From the human T2T-CHM13v2.0 reference genome, Homo sapiens: a DNA stretch of 64,000 bases. The position numbers and the translations under genes are program-made. The stretch is taken from NCBI RefSeq assembly GCF_009914755.1, contig NC_060926.1. One strand, written 5' to 3'. Numbering within the stretch: the stretch's first letter is position 1; every line of letters begins with the position of its first letter. The notes under the pieces were generated by a model that was given only the letters and a program-made list of their open reading frames with translations, searched no databases and was not told the origin of the DNA. Of this stretch, positions 30,036 through 45,790 are shown piece after piece.

Positions 30036-32156
30036 AAACAACAACAACAACAACAACAACAAAACAGGTTTAAGTTACCTTGCTTAACTTACCTAGCTTA
30101 CACCTCAGTTACTTTAGGTATAAGATAACTCTGTTATGCAGCCAGTAAAAAGAATGAGGTAAATCTTCATGTGTACTAAATGTGTATACATGCCCAAATA
30201 TCCACAGTATAATGTGAACTGGAAAAGACAAAGCACAGAAAGGTGGCATAGTCTGATCCCATTACAAATATTTAACATTTGTAATTGTGTACAATTGTCT
30301 GGAAGGACACAGACTGGCTACAGTGAACAAAAGCTACCACTGTAGTGGGATGTAGGGGAGAAAAGGGCTGACTTGAAAAGCTCAGGCGATCCTCTGCCTT
30401 AGCCTCTTGGGCAGCTAGGACTACAGGTGTGAGCCATTGCACCTGGCTGATTTTTAAATAATGAATATGAATTGTCACTTTTATAACAAATATTTAAATT
30501 GTTAAAAAAAAAACCAATGACAGCTCTACAAAGCATGGCTTTAGAAGTAAACAAACATAATCTGCATATGCATATACATAAACATTATAAAAATGTAGAA
30601 AGTCTCTATTTTTTTGGTTTTAGATGACCTGTGTTTTCACTTGTCCCTAATAATATGTTTATTTTCACAAAAGTTCTTGAAAATTGCCTATCAATGAATC
30701 TGTCATGACTATATCAGGCTTGTTTGCTTCCCATGAGACTTGTCTGCCTAATCAGAATGTTCCCTTACTTATGGGTCTCTTAGGCTTCAGCCCATTCAAT
30801 TAGAATGACTTATGCAGTGTCAATAGCCATATCTAATACCAGGCGATTTAAGGATGGTTTTTGTTTACATGATTAACACTGAATTCTAGACACTTAAACT
30901 TATCTCTTTAAATACTTGACTGGGACTTAAGTAACCAATCAGTTAGGACGCATATTGCCGTTTTCTATTAGGAATTCACTCACATGTTTTAAATGCCCTC
31001 TTCCAACCAAGATTCAGGTCTGCTCCGCCAGGGCTTTTTCCCTCCTGCCCTAACAGAGATGACCCACTCTTACTGGTTCCATCCCTTCAGGCACATTTGT
31101 AATGAACAGTAAAAGGAGGAGAAACAGTATTGGTATCAGATTTTTTTAGTCCATTCCTCATCTATTCAGAGGTCACAATAATTTCATACCACTCAAAGTA
31201 CTGTGCCAAGGAAGTATATTACCCAATCTGAAGATTTTTTACCACTTAGTTTGAGGTCATTCCAAGGAAAAGTCAATGTACTGACCGACCTGCCTTAGAC
31301 TTGGCCCGAAGAAGGAAATGAAAACCATGGTTTTGCAATAGGAGGGCATTCAAAGATAAGATTAGTTTCAAAAAGAAAAGCATTTTGAATAGCATGCCCA
31401 CCTGAGACATGTTCAGAGGTTCAGTAAAATCTAAATAGAAAAGAGTCCTAAAAAAGGAAACAGCCAATTTTCCTGAGGGTTGAGGGCAGACAGTCTGTGA
31501 TCTGGCTCAGCCCCTAATGTCCTTCTCTGCACCACCTTGATCAGCTGCCTTTCCCATGCTAGCTTCTCTGAAACACCAGGCCAGAGGAAGGGAGAGCTGA
31601 CGCCTATCTAGATTCATTTGCTCCTGCTAGCAGCTCTAGCAGAGGGAAACCATCCACCGGGGCAGAATTTTGTAGGAGTTGTAGAGGTTTCAGTTTTCCT
31701 TGGGCTCCCTGTCCTTCATGAATGTGACTAATTGAAGAAAAAGGATTTTACTTCGTTCCTCACAGTCCGTTTTCTTAAGTGAAGATAACTCAGCTAATTG
31801 AAACTCCAAGCAGCTGTAGACTAGCTTATGTAAACTGAGAGAAGAGGTTTTGTTGGTTATCTCTTTTTAAAAAATTACATTAAAAAACTGAAGTATAACA
31901 CATATAAGGTAAAGTGCATAAATGTTAAATATATTACTCAATGAATTTTTAAACATGTATGTGAAGCTACTACTGTCTTATCTTCTCTCCTGTCCTCTAG
32001 TTTCAACCATTCCAAACCATTCTCTATGCCATCACCAGAAAGATCTTATTAAAATATAGATCTGACCAAAGAATACTAATAATGACATCAACAACAACCA
32101 CCACCATTCCCATAGCACTGACTGACTGTTTGATATGTGCCGTCACTGCTCTAGGC

Positions 32157-32440
32157 TTTTATTTATTTATTTGAGACAGGGACTCCCTCTGTCATCCAGG
32201 CTGGAGTGCAGTGGCGTAATCTTGTCTTACCGCAACCATCTCTGCCTCCTGGGCTCAAACGATCTTCCCACCTCAGCCTCCCTAGTAGCTGGGAATACAA
32301 GTACATGCCACCATGCTCGACTAATTTTAAAAATTTTTTGGAGATAAGGTCTCCCTATATTGCCCAGGCTGGTCTCGAACTCATGGGATCAAGTGATCCT
32401 CCTGCCTTGGCCTCCTAAAGTGTTAGGACTGCGCCCAGCC
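32157..32440 (-). mobile_element. Alu (AluJ-like)
   Basis: Reverse diverged dimer. Confidence 0.9.
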
Positions 32441-32473
32441 TTGCCCTAGGCTTTTAATTCATTGCCTCATTTA

Positions 32474-32844
<371 letters not shown>

Positions 32845-33269
32845 CTATTATTTCTGTTATTCACAATGGTTCCAAGAGGTCAATATTTTTGTCATTACCA
32901 ATTCATAGGGGATAAAACTGAGGCTTAGAAGGCTTAAGTCATGTGCCCGGGGTTGCCCAGCTTGGAAGTACAGAGTAGGGAGCTGGACTCTCAGAGCTTA
33001 AGCCCTAAGCACTAAGCTTTAGTGTCTTGCTAGAGCTGGGTTTTTTTTATTTTTATTTTTTTTATTTTTTTATTTTTTATTGAAAAGCCCCGGAAGCCTC
33101 TTCTGCCCCTGGAGGATGAGGTTTAACTCCTCAGCATGCCCTATAAAGTCTTCCCTAAGCTAGGGACAGCCTCTTTTTCCTCACTTGCTTCTAGTCTTTA
33201 TCTACCATGTACTCATATTCTGCTCTTGTGTTGCCTGCCTATTCCCTGAAACATCTATTATGGTAATAA

Positions 33270-33490
33270 GTACCATTTATTGCTATTACCATGTATGAGT
33301 TCTGGGTGCTTTCTGTATTTCATTCCAATTCTCTCTGTAACTTCCCCAAATGAGTATTATAATCATTTTGCAGATAAGTAAACTGAGACATAGAAAGATT
33401 AAAGAACTTGTTTATGGTCAGAGAGCTAATATGCATCAAAACTGGAATTTGATCTCAGGCCTGTCTGATTTTAATGCTAGATTCTTTCTC
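33270..33490 (-). mobile_element. MIR SINE
   Basis: cattttgcagataagtaaactgagacatagaaagattaa. Confidence 0.7.
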
Positions 33491-34344
33491 CTCTATGCGA
33501 ATTCCTCTCAAGTCACACTCTTTCACATCTGGCTCAAATGTCACCTAGTTTCTAAGGCATTTGTGACTTTGTTCACCAGTTTGCGTCCTCTTGCTCTACT
33601 GCCATCCATAGTTATGAACAGATCACTTGTTAAGAAAGAAGTGCTCTTGCTTAATTTCTATTCTAGGCCTTTCCAAGTGCATTCAACCTTTGCATTCAAA
33701 AAGCTAAACTAAGTATTTCTGGAACATTCCTACTGCAAGCTCTGGATCCAAACATTTAAATTGCAACTTTGTCCAAACAAAATGGCAAGTCTTTGACCAG
33801 ACCGGGTTATGGCCTAATGGCAGGAACACAGAGGGCAAATGGAGAAGTTGCTGCCACTAGAGCACCACATGGACTTCAGAATAACCTCTAGGGGATGTGT
33901 GATTCCTGAGCTCCTGGGACATGGGTCATTCCTGAGGAATGAGCTAGCCAGCTCTCTAAACAAGAGGACAACGGAGGGTGGATTCTGTGGGCTGCCAGAA
34001 AGGCCAAAATGGGCAATTTTTAAATTGATTGTGAAAAGCATTTTATTATTGGAATAGCTGACATTCTTGTTGATTATGCAGGGTAAAAAAAAATACCCTA
34101 ACATTTGAACATTTGGTACATGTTCAGCTCCTTCTGTACATCAAAAGTGAATATTAATGTACAATCTACACAAGTCTCTCAACTTGTCAGGAAGTGGCTC
34201 TGTAATTGCTTCCTGACAAGTTCTGGCAGCATTTGGTTGTCATCACTCAATCTTACTTGTATTTAAGATTATAACATAAGTTAATTGTTTAACTAAAAAA
34301 TTAGCCTGCTCCCAAATGGACAAAAGATATAATCAAACAATTCA

Positions 34345-34643
34345 GGCCGGGCATGGTGGCTCACACCTGCAATCTCAGCACTTAGGGAGGCCAAGGTGGG
34401 AGGATCACTTGAGGCCAGGAGTTCGAGACCAGCCTGGCCAACATGGCAAAACCCCATCTCTACTAAAAACACAAAAATTAGCTGGGCGTGGTGGCATGTG
34501 CCTATAATCCCAGCTACTGGGGAGGCTGAGGCACAGGAATCACTTGAACCCAGGGGGCGAAGGTTGCAGTGAGCTGAGATCGTGCCACTGCACTCTAGCC
34601 TGGGCGACAGAGTGAGACTCTGTCTAAAAGAAAAAAAAAAAAA
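34345..34643 (+). mobile_element. Alu (AluS/J-type)
   Basis: Full dimer with A-tail. Confidence 0.93.
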
Positions 34644-34701
34644 CGCAAATTGATGTAGTAATAAACATACAAAAAGTTTAGCTTCACAAATAAAAAATAG
34701 A

Positions 34702-35089
<388 letters not shown>

Positions 35090-36442
35090 TCATAAGAAGT
35101 CTTTTTTTTTACCTCTAAAATGACCAAAGATTTGTGTTTTTTAATGACAATGGTTATGCTCCAGTGATATGGAGAACTTGCTTATACTGTTGATGGGTAT
35201 AGGTAATTGTATCCAGAACTTTGAAAAGGTTCAGAATATAGTAGTTCTGAATATAGAAACACTCTGAATATAGTAGATCCTCTTCTGAATTTCTGAATTT
35301 ATCTTAAATAGTCAGAAGATAAATGGTTTTGCACAAAGATATACATAATAGTATTATTTATAATAATACAAAATTGGAAACCTAAATACCCAATACAAAC
35401 AAGAAGGTTAAACTAATTATGGCAATGGAATCTTATACAGGCATTCAAACTAGCTAATTCTTCTGAAGATTATTTAGTAAGTTTTTAAAAAGGCAGGATA
35501 AAAACTGATGTGCTATAAAGAATGAGCCATACTTTAAACCTATACATTCACAGAAAAGAATAAGCTGGATGTGTAACATTAGATAATGTTAACCTTGGTG
35601 CCATCATAATGATTATAACACTGGCAGCTAGCCTCCGCAAGGTATTGATCCCATTGAATCCTCACCACATCATTATGGGGGTCTTACTACTCCTGTTTTA
35701 TAGATGAGGATACTGAACGGAGGAGCTGGGACTCAAACTCAGGTCTACCAAAGGCTAAGGTCTGAATCTCTGCCATGCTGCCTGGAGCGTTATTTTCTAT
35801 TCAGTAACTATGTGTGCTTCCCAAATTCTCTGTAATCAGCATACTTTTATAATCAAGAAAAAACAATTTTAAAAATGGGAATTGGGGCCAAGAAGGCCCT
35901 TTGAAGTTCCGTGTTCTGTCCCGTGACAGCCTGCGGTATGGTTGACAGTCAACCACTGGGTCTTCTTACTCTTCTCCTTGGCTCTGGGCTCCCTTCCTTC
36001 AATTTCCCTTCCCTTTCTCCTACTCTTTCCAGTGAAAATCATGGAGCTACTGGGCCTAGTGAGGGAGGGAAGCCCTTGCTGCTTGGAGGCACCATCCTGG
36101 GGTCAGTCTGGCCTACTGGATTTCTTCCCTCTGCCTCCCTCTTTTGCCTCCCTCCTGCCTGCCCTTAGGCTTTCCACCACCTCTTGGGAATAAGCCTGGT
36201 TCAAGGTCCTGGTTTAACAAAACAACACAGGGCATCCTGGGGTTAACTCTGGGCTTGGCCTTTCACAGTTCTATGATTAAATCACATTTTTCAGTGGTTC
36301 TGCCTTTAAACTCAAACCCCTTTAAAGAGAAATTTAAGGAGAGCAAAACATAGGAAACAGTGCCAAATGCCAGTAACATATTTTAGTCATTTGGGGAATG
36401 GGCAGCTTTAGAAACCACAAATTCCCACTTATGCAAGGGCTA

Positions 36443-36876
<434 letters not shown>

Positions 36877-37060
36877 TCACAATGGGAGTTGGTTAATCCT
36901 ACAGTCTAATCAAATAATAAAAGTCATTGTCTACTGATGATGTTGTTTATTCAGACTAAAAGGCAGACTACATATATGTCTAAGTACCTGTTATACAAGC
37001 TCGATAAGCTCAGTCATACTGAACTACACATTCTCAGCCAGTAATTACAGTTTTTAAAAG

Positions 37061-37280
37061 TTTTTTTTTTAATTTTTTTTCCCGAGATTCTCGTGCCTCA
37101 GCCTCCCAAGTAGTTGGGATTACAGGTGCCCGCCACCATGCCCAGCTAATTTTTGTATTTTAGTAGAGACAGGGTTTCACCATGTTGCCCAGGCTGGTCT
37201 CGAACTCCTGACCTGAAGTGATCCACCCACCTTGGCCTCCCATAGTGCTGGGATTACAGGCATGAGCTACCGCGCCTGGC
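37061..37280 (-). mobile_element. Alu lacking the distal part of its right arm
   Basis: Poly-T joins directly to gattctcgtgcctcagcc; left arm intact. Confidence 0.88.
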
Positions 37281-37999
37281 TGAACTACACATACTCAACT
37301 TAGGATGCTCCACACCTGTGACGTTACCATTGGTTGACAAGGCTTTGGTACCATGTGCTCAGCTGAGTGTTCTGTCTCCTTCCCCCTAAAGGAAGTGGCT
37401 GAAAGGGGAAGATGAGATGAGAATATTGCTTTGTGACTGTACTTTCCAAAACCATGGCTGGTGCAATATAAAACTGAAAGAATTTCAGATAGCTCTTTTC
37501 TGTGGCCTTAGATCTGTTTTGACTACCAGAGACTAGGCATCAAAACATCAGAGTCCAATGGTGAGGTTCTTCTTCTCAAGCCCCTGCCATTAGAGTTAGA
37601 TTAAGGTATAGCTCAGGCAGCCCCAGCACACAAACTGGTAAACTGCATTAAATCACCACCAAATAATTGGAAATAAGGTGCTAGTGAGCTCAGGTTTTCA
37701 CATACATTTCTTAAATTACTGGCAAAAGTGAACGAGTCTCACTTGAGAATAAGAAGATAGCACTGAAAGTGTTTAAACATTTCTTTATATAGTGAGCATT
37801 GAGCATTTTGGTGGTGAGCATGTGTAAGGTGTAGCGTGCAAGTATAAGCCAGAGAAGCAGCCCTGGAGTGAGGCAGCTGACCGTCATCTGAGTCAGCACT
37901 CAACTAACATGGGTCCAGGTGACTGGTTTTATTACATAAATGTTAAAATGGACTGATTCAGTAAAAATTATGAACAAAAAACTAGAGAAAATAACTATA

Positions 38000-38680
38000 T
38001 AAAAAATGGAAAAATATACAAATACCCTCAACAAAATACTATTAAACTAAATGAATCCACATATAAAAAGAATTATACACTATGACCAACTGGGATTTCT
38101 CCTGGTAAAGCAAGGTTAGTTTAACATCTGAAAATCAAACAATGTAACAGACCATATTAATAAAGAACAAAAGCCATATGATCATCTCAATAGACATAGA
38201 AAAAGCATTTGACAAAATCTAATACCCTTCTTTGATAAAAACACTCAACAGGCCAGGCATGGTGGCTCACGCCTGTAATCGCAGCACTTTGGGAGGCCGA
38301 GGTGGGAGGACTGCTTGAGCTCAGGAGTTCGAGACCACTCTGGGCAACATAGCGAGACCCCCGTCCCCACCCCCACCCCCCAAAAAAAACCACTCAACAA
38401 ACTAGGAATAGAAATGAACTTCCTTATCTGATACAGGACATCTGAAAAACTCACAGTTAACATCACACTTAATGGTGAAAGACTCAATTTTTTTCCTAGG
38501 AAGATCAGGAACTAGATACGATGTCTGCTCTCACCACATCTATTCAGTATTTTACTGGAAGTTCTAGCCAGGGCAATCATGCAAGAAACAGAAATGAAAA
38601 AAACTACAGAATGGAAAGGAAGAAGTAAAACTATCTCTAGTCTCAGATGACAAGATCTGGTATACAGGAAAGTTGGAAAC
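38000..38680 (+). mobile_element. L1M ORF2 (reverse-transcriptase region) fragment
   Basis: Degenerate translation resembles DQVGFIPG-QGWFN and IISIDAEKAFDKI (atcatctcaatagacatagaaaaagcatttgacaaaat). Confidence 0.85.
38251..38389 (+). mobile_element. Alu left monomer/FLAM inserted in L1
   Basis: Single monomer flanked by aaaa(a/c)cactcaaca. Confidence 0.85.
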
Positions 38681-40629
38681 ATTTTGATGACACAAAAGTT
38701 AGAAAAAAATTAACTTTTAAATATATTTTGAACAAGACTTTGTAACTATATCCATGTATATTGCTTCTACTCTTGAAGAGACTAAATGGCTAACCCTGTC
38801 CAGCTCAGAGTTATGGAAAAGCTTATTAAGGAATCTCATTCCAAATAAGTAAAAAAGGTAGTGTTACTATCAAAGCATGTAATACATTCTTCATTTTCAA
38901 CATAAAGATGATGTATCTATATTTTATTAATAGAAAATCAGTTTCTCTTCTCCTACTAAATATATTGAATACTATTTAAATATGTATTGAAAATATGTTT
39001 AAAGAGTGTCAAAGTGCAGGATGTCAAATGACCAGCCTTCCTGGGCGCCCACATAGTTCAATCTGGCCCTGCCTACTCCCAAGGGAACAGATGATATTAG
39101 TCTGATAGGCCTGCTCCAGGTCCCTTTGGAGTGGATCATGAAAGACTCCATATGAACACGGGGCCTAGAGTAAGATCAGAAACAAGCCATCATCATGTGC
39201 TGCTGAAACTGAGTTCGTTGGGTAGACGAAGCTGAGAACCTGCATGTCTCTCTATGAAGATCCTTTAAGGCACAAGGAAAGCCATGTAAGGGACAGGGCC
39301 ACTCAGACACTGCAGAGTTAGTAAAATAAAAGCTCCACACCAGCTAGTCATATCCACTGAATCTACGGAGCGATCCGGTGGCGTGGGAATGTTTTGGTCT
39401 GAAAGCTCTGACTAGTTTCTACTCTCTTCCTTAGAGCAGTGACTACGGCAGTGATCCTGTTGCTCTGGGTTTATTGGCGTATGTTGGCCTTGAATTTAAC
39501 AGATCTTCCCTGACTAACTCAGACAATTATATATCCTGACAAACTGCCTTGAAGCTTCCTGGAGTTCTTGAACTTTGCTTCTTGTTTGTGCTTCAGCCCT
39601 GCTCTTCTAACTCTAGCTTGCTTGACATGGGGCATTTTGGGCCTTTTGCAAATCTATCAGCACCTCCAAATGATGTCTTTCTAGACCAATTCTGAAATCC
39701 GATGTAAAATACTGTGTTCATCAAAGCAGGAAATAAAGAAGCAGATGGAGAAATGATGGCCTTTTAAAATTTTCTTAAATATGTGCAAGATTTTGTAGCT
39801 TCTCTACTCCCCTGAATCCCAGTAACATTAAAGAAAAATAAAAACAAAAACCAATGACTGTTTAGGTTTTTCTCAACTGTGCTATGAACTTTCCATTTTG
39901 GAAGGGTATATGAAATAGACACATCTTAGTAAGTACTGTGTAAGTATTCCAGTTGATTGATTGCTCACAATAATTAGTTATCTCAGATACTTAAAAATGA
40001 TTTTATTAATAATTAGGATTGCAGTTCTGATAGGAAAACGATAAACCTAGGGGAATAGACATAAGAGAGTTTCATAAGCAGGAACTTTTTAACAATTTCC
40101 CTGAAGAAAATGCTTGAGTACACTTTAGAAAGAAAGATTAGCATGAGTCCATACACCGTTCCTGAAACATTCAAGAATGCTTAGGCAACTGGGAAGAATC
40201 ATATCTGAGCAGAGAGTGACTGAACAGTGGCACCCCAATATTTTGTCTTCTAGATCAGTATAATTTTTTTCAAGTTTCCAATTTTAAATTAGCCAAGTAA
40301 AGATGCTAAAAACAAAACAAAAGCTACCATCTATTTTCACCAATATTTCACAAAAAAAGGGGATTTTAACACCAAAAAAGTGGAAAAGTATAATTTTTAA
40401 AAACAGGAATATTTTAAACTAAATATATGTGATATTATTAAAATCTGGTGAAAACTCCATCCCAGATGAGCCCCAAGCCCACGGAGGGAAATGGGGAATC
40501 TTTGTAATATGAGCCCAGGGGATTCCAACAAGAAGGAGAAAGAAATAACCTATAGATTAAAAGCAATTAAAAGTAACTGAAAGCCAAAGTCATTGCATAT
40601 AAGTGAATTTCAAAACAGAAGAATCAGGA

Positions 40630-41356
40630 CAGTGTTTTCAACACTGTCAAGGTGAAAACACCTTTCCAGGTATTGTCATAGCTGCATTCCACCTGTGTTA
40701 TTTATTTAATGCTTTATTTAAATCGAGTCATTTACGTTTAAAAGTTTATTTAAAATGAAAGCCTTATAGAAATACCATAAATGGGAAGCCAGTATCCCTT
40801 GCCATAAAATGAAGCTAACACAGATGCTGCAAGGCCCTGAGCCTGCAGCCAACTCTCTGTTGAAAAGGGAGATCAGCAGGTGTTAGGGGTTCCAGTCATA
40901 CCAGCACCGGAATGAAACTTTCTGTTTGATTTAACCTGAAGGACAGAAAGAGAATTGAAGGGAATAATTTTCTCATTATGTAATTCAATGTCATTTTAAG
41001 CCACATCTATGTAACTGCCTAAAATAATTATCTGTACCAACTAATATTGTCTTGGTAGACAATCCATGGAATCAGAGGAATCCTCATATAATAATTAAGA
41101 GCACTGGCCAAAACAGCCTTCCTGAATTCAAATTCTGACCTTGCCATGTACCAGCTCATGACCCTGAGTAATTTACCTTCTGTGCCTAAGGTTTTCATCT
41201 ACGAAATGGGGAAAATAATACCCACTTCACAGGCTCATTGTGAAGATCAAACGAGTACAGTATATACATGTAAAACCCTTAGAACAGTAAACAGCATATA
41301 TTAAGAGCTGAAAAATGTTAGTTATTATTCTTACTATCCACACTTTGGGAAACACC
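40630..41356. mobile_element. hAT-Charlie-like DNA transposon relic interrupted by a MIR (~41090-41330)
   Basis: Terminal-like cagtgttttcaac...cactttgggaaacac; internal MIR core ctgtgcctaaggttttcatctacgaaatgggg. Confidence 0.45.
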
Positions 41357-42588
41357 AAATTAGGATATTGGTCTAGGCCTATGTTAGACTGTATCAGGCA
41401 TACAGTAATATAGCAACACATTTCTGGAAAGAACATATGGCTAGAGAATAAGAATGACAATTCTTTTGCTGATGTAAATTTAAATAAATAACTTACTACA
41501 AATGCATCTAAGGCAATTTACTGTTCATTTTGCTCATGTTTCCTTCCATGCCTCATTTACTTGACCAACAGCAAGTCTGAATGATATATTATTGCCTTTA
41601 GGGCATAGTACACAATGCATTTGACACAAAAATATCACACCACAGAGAAAGGATTTTAGGATCTTAACTGTAAGTCACTATTTAGGTAAACAAGGCTGCC
41701 CAAATGTATTAGCTGTTAAATTATGAAATCAGTGTCTCATCTATTTGGAGTAAACAACAGAATTAACATAGGATTTAATTGTCAGAGTGGCAACACATGT
41801 TATAATTTAATTCATGTTATGAAATACAGTAAGGGAGGACTTACTCATCAGTAAACAATCAAATAAATATGCTAACATCAGAAAGCAGTAGTTCTAGGGG
41901 ACTCCTAAGATGGATTAGTTGGTCCTGAACAAAAAAGACATATATTAACATATCTAAGCTTGTTGCCTTTCATGTGTCTCATCCCTTTTGTCCCTGGAAC
42001 TATATTTAGTACACAGAGAACAACAGCACTGCCAGGGCAGTCAAGTAGAAAGAGAGGGCATTAATTTAGTAGAAGTTGGTCAAGGTTAGGGCAGGAGATA
42101 GTGGACAAGTACGTATTTGGCTAATTGAACTACAAGATAAGGTTATATTGGAAATTTATGGCAATCTCTAGACCCTATACTGGGCCTATGTTGATGGTGG
42201 TCTCATTCAGAAAGATCTGCATTATAAAAATATCTGTCTTTCTCAGTCCCTGTCCATTCAATGTAGGACAGTTTCTTCCATCTCTGCAACAGGCTTCTCG
42301 GTGACATCTTTACCACCTCCCTTTCCTCTCCACCCAGTTCTGGCTCTTCCTTCCTCCAGCATCTCAAGGTGTTCCTTTTCCTGCTGTTCCTTTTTGATGT
42401 CACAATCCTCCATTTTTCTCCACAGACCTTTTCATTGCTAGGCTGCTTCTCCTCTGAGTGGGTGAAGTTACCATCCTTGCTTGCTCTGCTCTTTCAGGCA
42501 GGACCTCAGCTTTGCTATTGAATTGTGCATCAAACACAAACTATTCTTTCTTGATGAATGTTGTCTGCCTTATCCTGCTTTTCTTCAT

Positions 42589-42614
42589 ACACACACACAC
42601 ACACACACACACAC
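42589..42614. repeat. (AC)13 microsatellite
   Basis: Direct read. Confidence 0.93.
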
Positions 42615-42636
42615 TTGGATAATTCCTTTACTCTAG

Positions 42637-42928
<292 letters not shown>

Positions 42929-43669
42929 CCTTCACTCTACTTCTATTATGTCTATAAGCAATAAAATGTTCCAGACTCTGACATGAATTATAGTCTACTC
43001 CCCTTACTTGGTAGGCCACATTATACCTGTTCCCTAGGACCTATTTCTCTTAGAGGCTTTAATACTTTAGGATACCAAAAAGAGCAGAATAAACTCAGGG
43101 GCAATGCTATAAACTCTTTTTCCCTGTCTGTTATTGTGTTTGCAGTGGTCTGGGTACGAAATCAAAATGAGTACCCAGGAGTGGAGCTTTCTAAACTTAA
43201 CTAGTATTAGCAGTGGCTCCAGTTTTTAGTGAGTTCCACACTCTACCTATAAATGGCCTCTATGTTCTGGGGTAAATCAACTTTTTTGGATCTGTCCAAT
43301 TACTTTGTGGTGATCTGAATGGGTCATTTATGAAAGTAAAAAGTATCCTAGAAATGTCACTTTGTCACCAAAATAGGGAGAAAAATCTCCCCATACATTC
43401 AGGAGGAGCTTGCAGTATGCTTGGCACTGTTGCACATGCTGGGGATGCAGGTGAACAACCCAGACAAGGCCCTGCTATGGTGGGGCCGTGACTTCCTATT
43501 GAAAGGCCAAGGAAAATGATTGCAGTCAACCCTGGTCAAGGAAATCAGGTTAAAACCACCTTAGTGAGGAGGAGAGGACCACTTCTTTGGTAGATAGGCC
43601 ACTATGTTAACAAAGCTCCACCTCCCTCAACTAGAATACACATTTAAGAGCAGACAGGAGGTTTTTTTC

Positions 43670-43670
<1 letters not shown>

Positions 43671-43724
<54 letters not shown>
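43671..43724. repeat. (AC)27 microsatellite
   Basis: Direct read. Confidence 0.97.
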
Positions 43725-43726
<2 letters not shown>

Positions 43727-43831
43727 CCCTAACCAAACCCAAAAGATAATGGGAATCATCTGTTCTGCTCTCATGTGCAAACCTATAATTTATGGAAAGA
43801 TGGGAAAGAGAAAGTCCCTTAGGAGGCCTAG

Positions 43832-44359
<528 letters not shown>

Positions 44360-44585
44360 TAAAAATTGCAAATTGGCTTTAGTGCTCATAATTCTTGTCA
44401 CGAGGTGACATCAGGAGTATAAATTATAGAGCATCCTAGAAAACAGGTAGTTAACATCAAATGAGAATGTGTGTTAATAAAACAAAATAGAGTTACCAGA
44501 AATCTTCAAATTATGGGAAGGAGATGGTTTCCTTAAATACATGACTGTGAATAATATATATTAATAACTTACTACTAAAGAATAG

Positions 44586-44927
<342 letters not shown>

Positions 44928-45549
44928 TCATTTAAGGGCTCAGTTGCTAGCAACATCATCTACCAAACTCTGAGTTTGAATTTCAGACTATATCATGATG
45001 GCTACATATTGTTATTTTTGCTTCTTCTATTAGGCCATTGTCACTTAGCTTTATAGTATTGCTTTTGGAGGATATGATTACCAAAGCAAATCAACTACTA
45101 TTTTCACTGTATTTTTTAAAAATGCCAGCATCAGTAATTCTTGCTGGGCCATTTGAAAAAGCACTTTTATTACACTTTATCATTGGCTAACAAACTTCAA
45201 TAAAATTTTAATAAATATTTTATTAGTTTTCTTATCAGTAATGTGAAATAAATTGTTATCCATGTCAGAGATGGAAAAATTGAGGCCACTTAAACTAAAA
45301 AAGATTAGTAGTGGTGGTGGATGTGAAATAAATGTCAAATTGTTCATGTAGGAAACACCCTTTGTAACATTTCAGATAGTTTCTAACATCACTCAAGGTG
45401 TTCTTGCTATCCAGGGATAGTTTTAACTGCTGGTCAGAATAAAAAACGGAGACAAAGAATCTGTGGTCATGGGGGTGGGATAAAGCCTCATTACAGTTGT
45501 AAATCAAGTGACTCTTGTTAAGGGATTTTGAATTGCAGCCCTCATGGGG

Positions 45550-45790
45550 CATTCACTATATGCCAAACTCTTCTAAGCATTGTACATATTTGTAACTCAC
45601 TTAACCTCACAACCTTGTGAGGCAGGGAGTTTAATTGTCCTCATTTTGCAGAAAAGGAAACTGAGGCATAAGTTTAAATAAATTTCTTAAGGTCACACAG
45701 CAGGTAAGGGGTGCCGGCAAGATACAAACTCAAGCTGTCTGGCTCCAGACTCTCTGCCCACAACTATTATGCTAAACTGCTTTTCAGAGG
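45550..45790 (-). mobile_element. MIR SINE
   Basis: cctcattttgcagaaaaggaaactgaggca...aaggtcacacagc. Confidence 0.8.
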
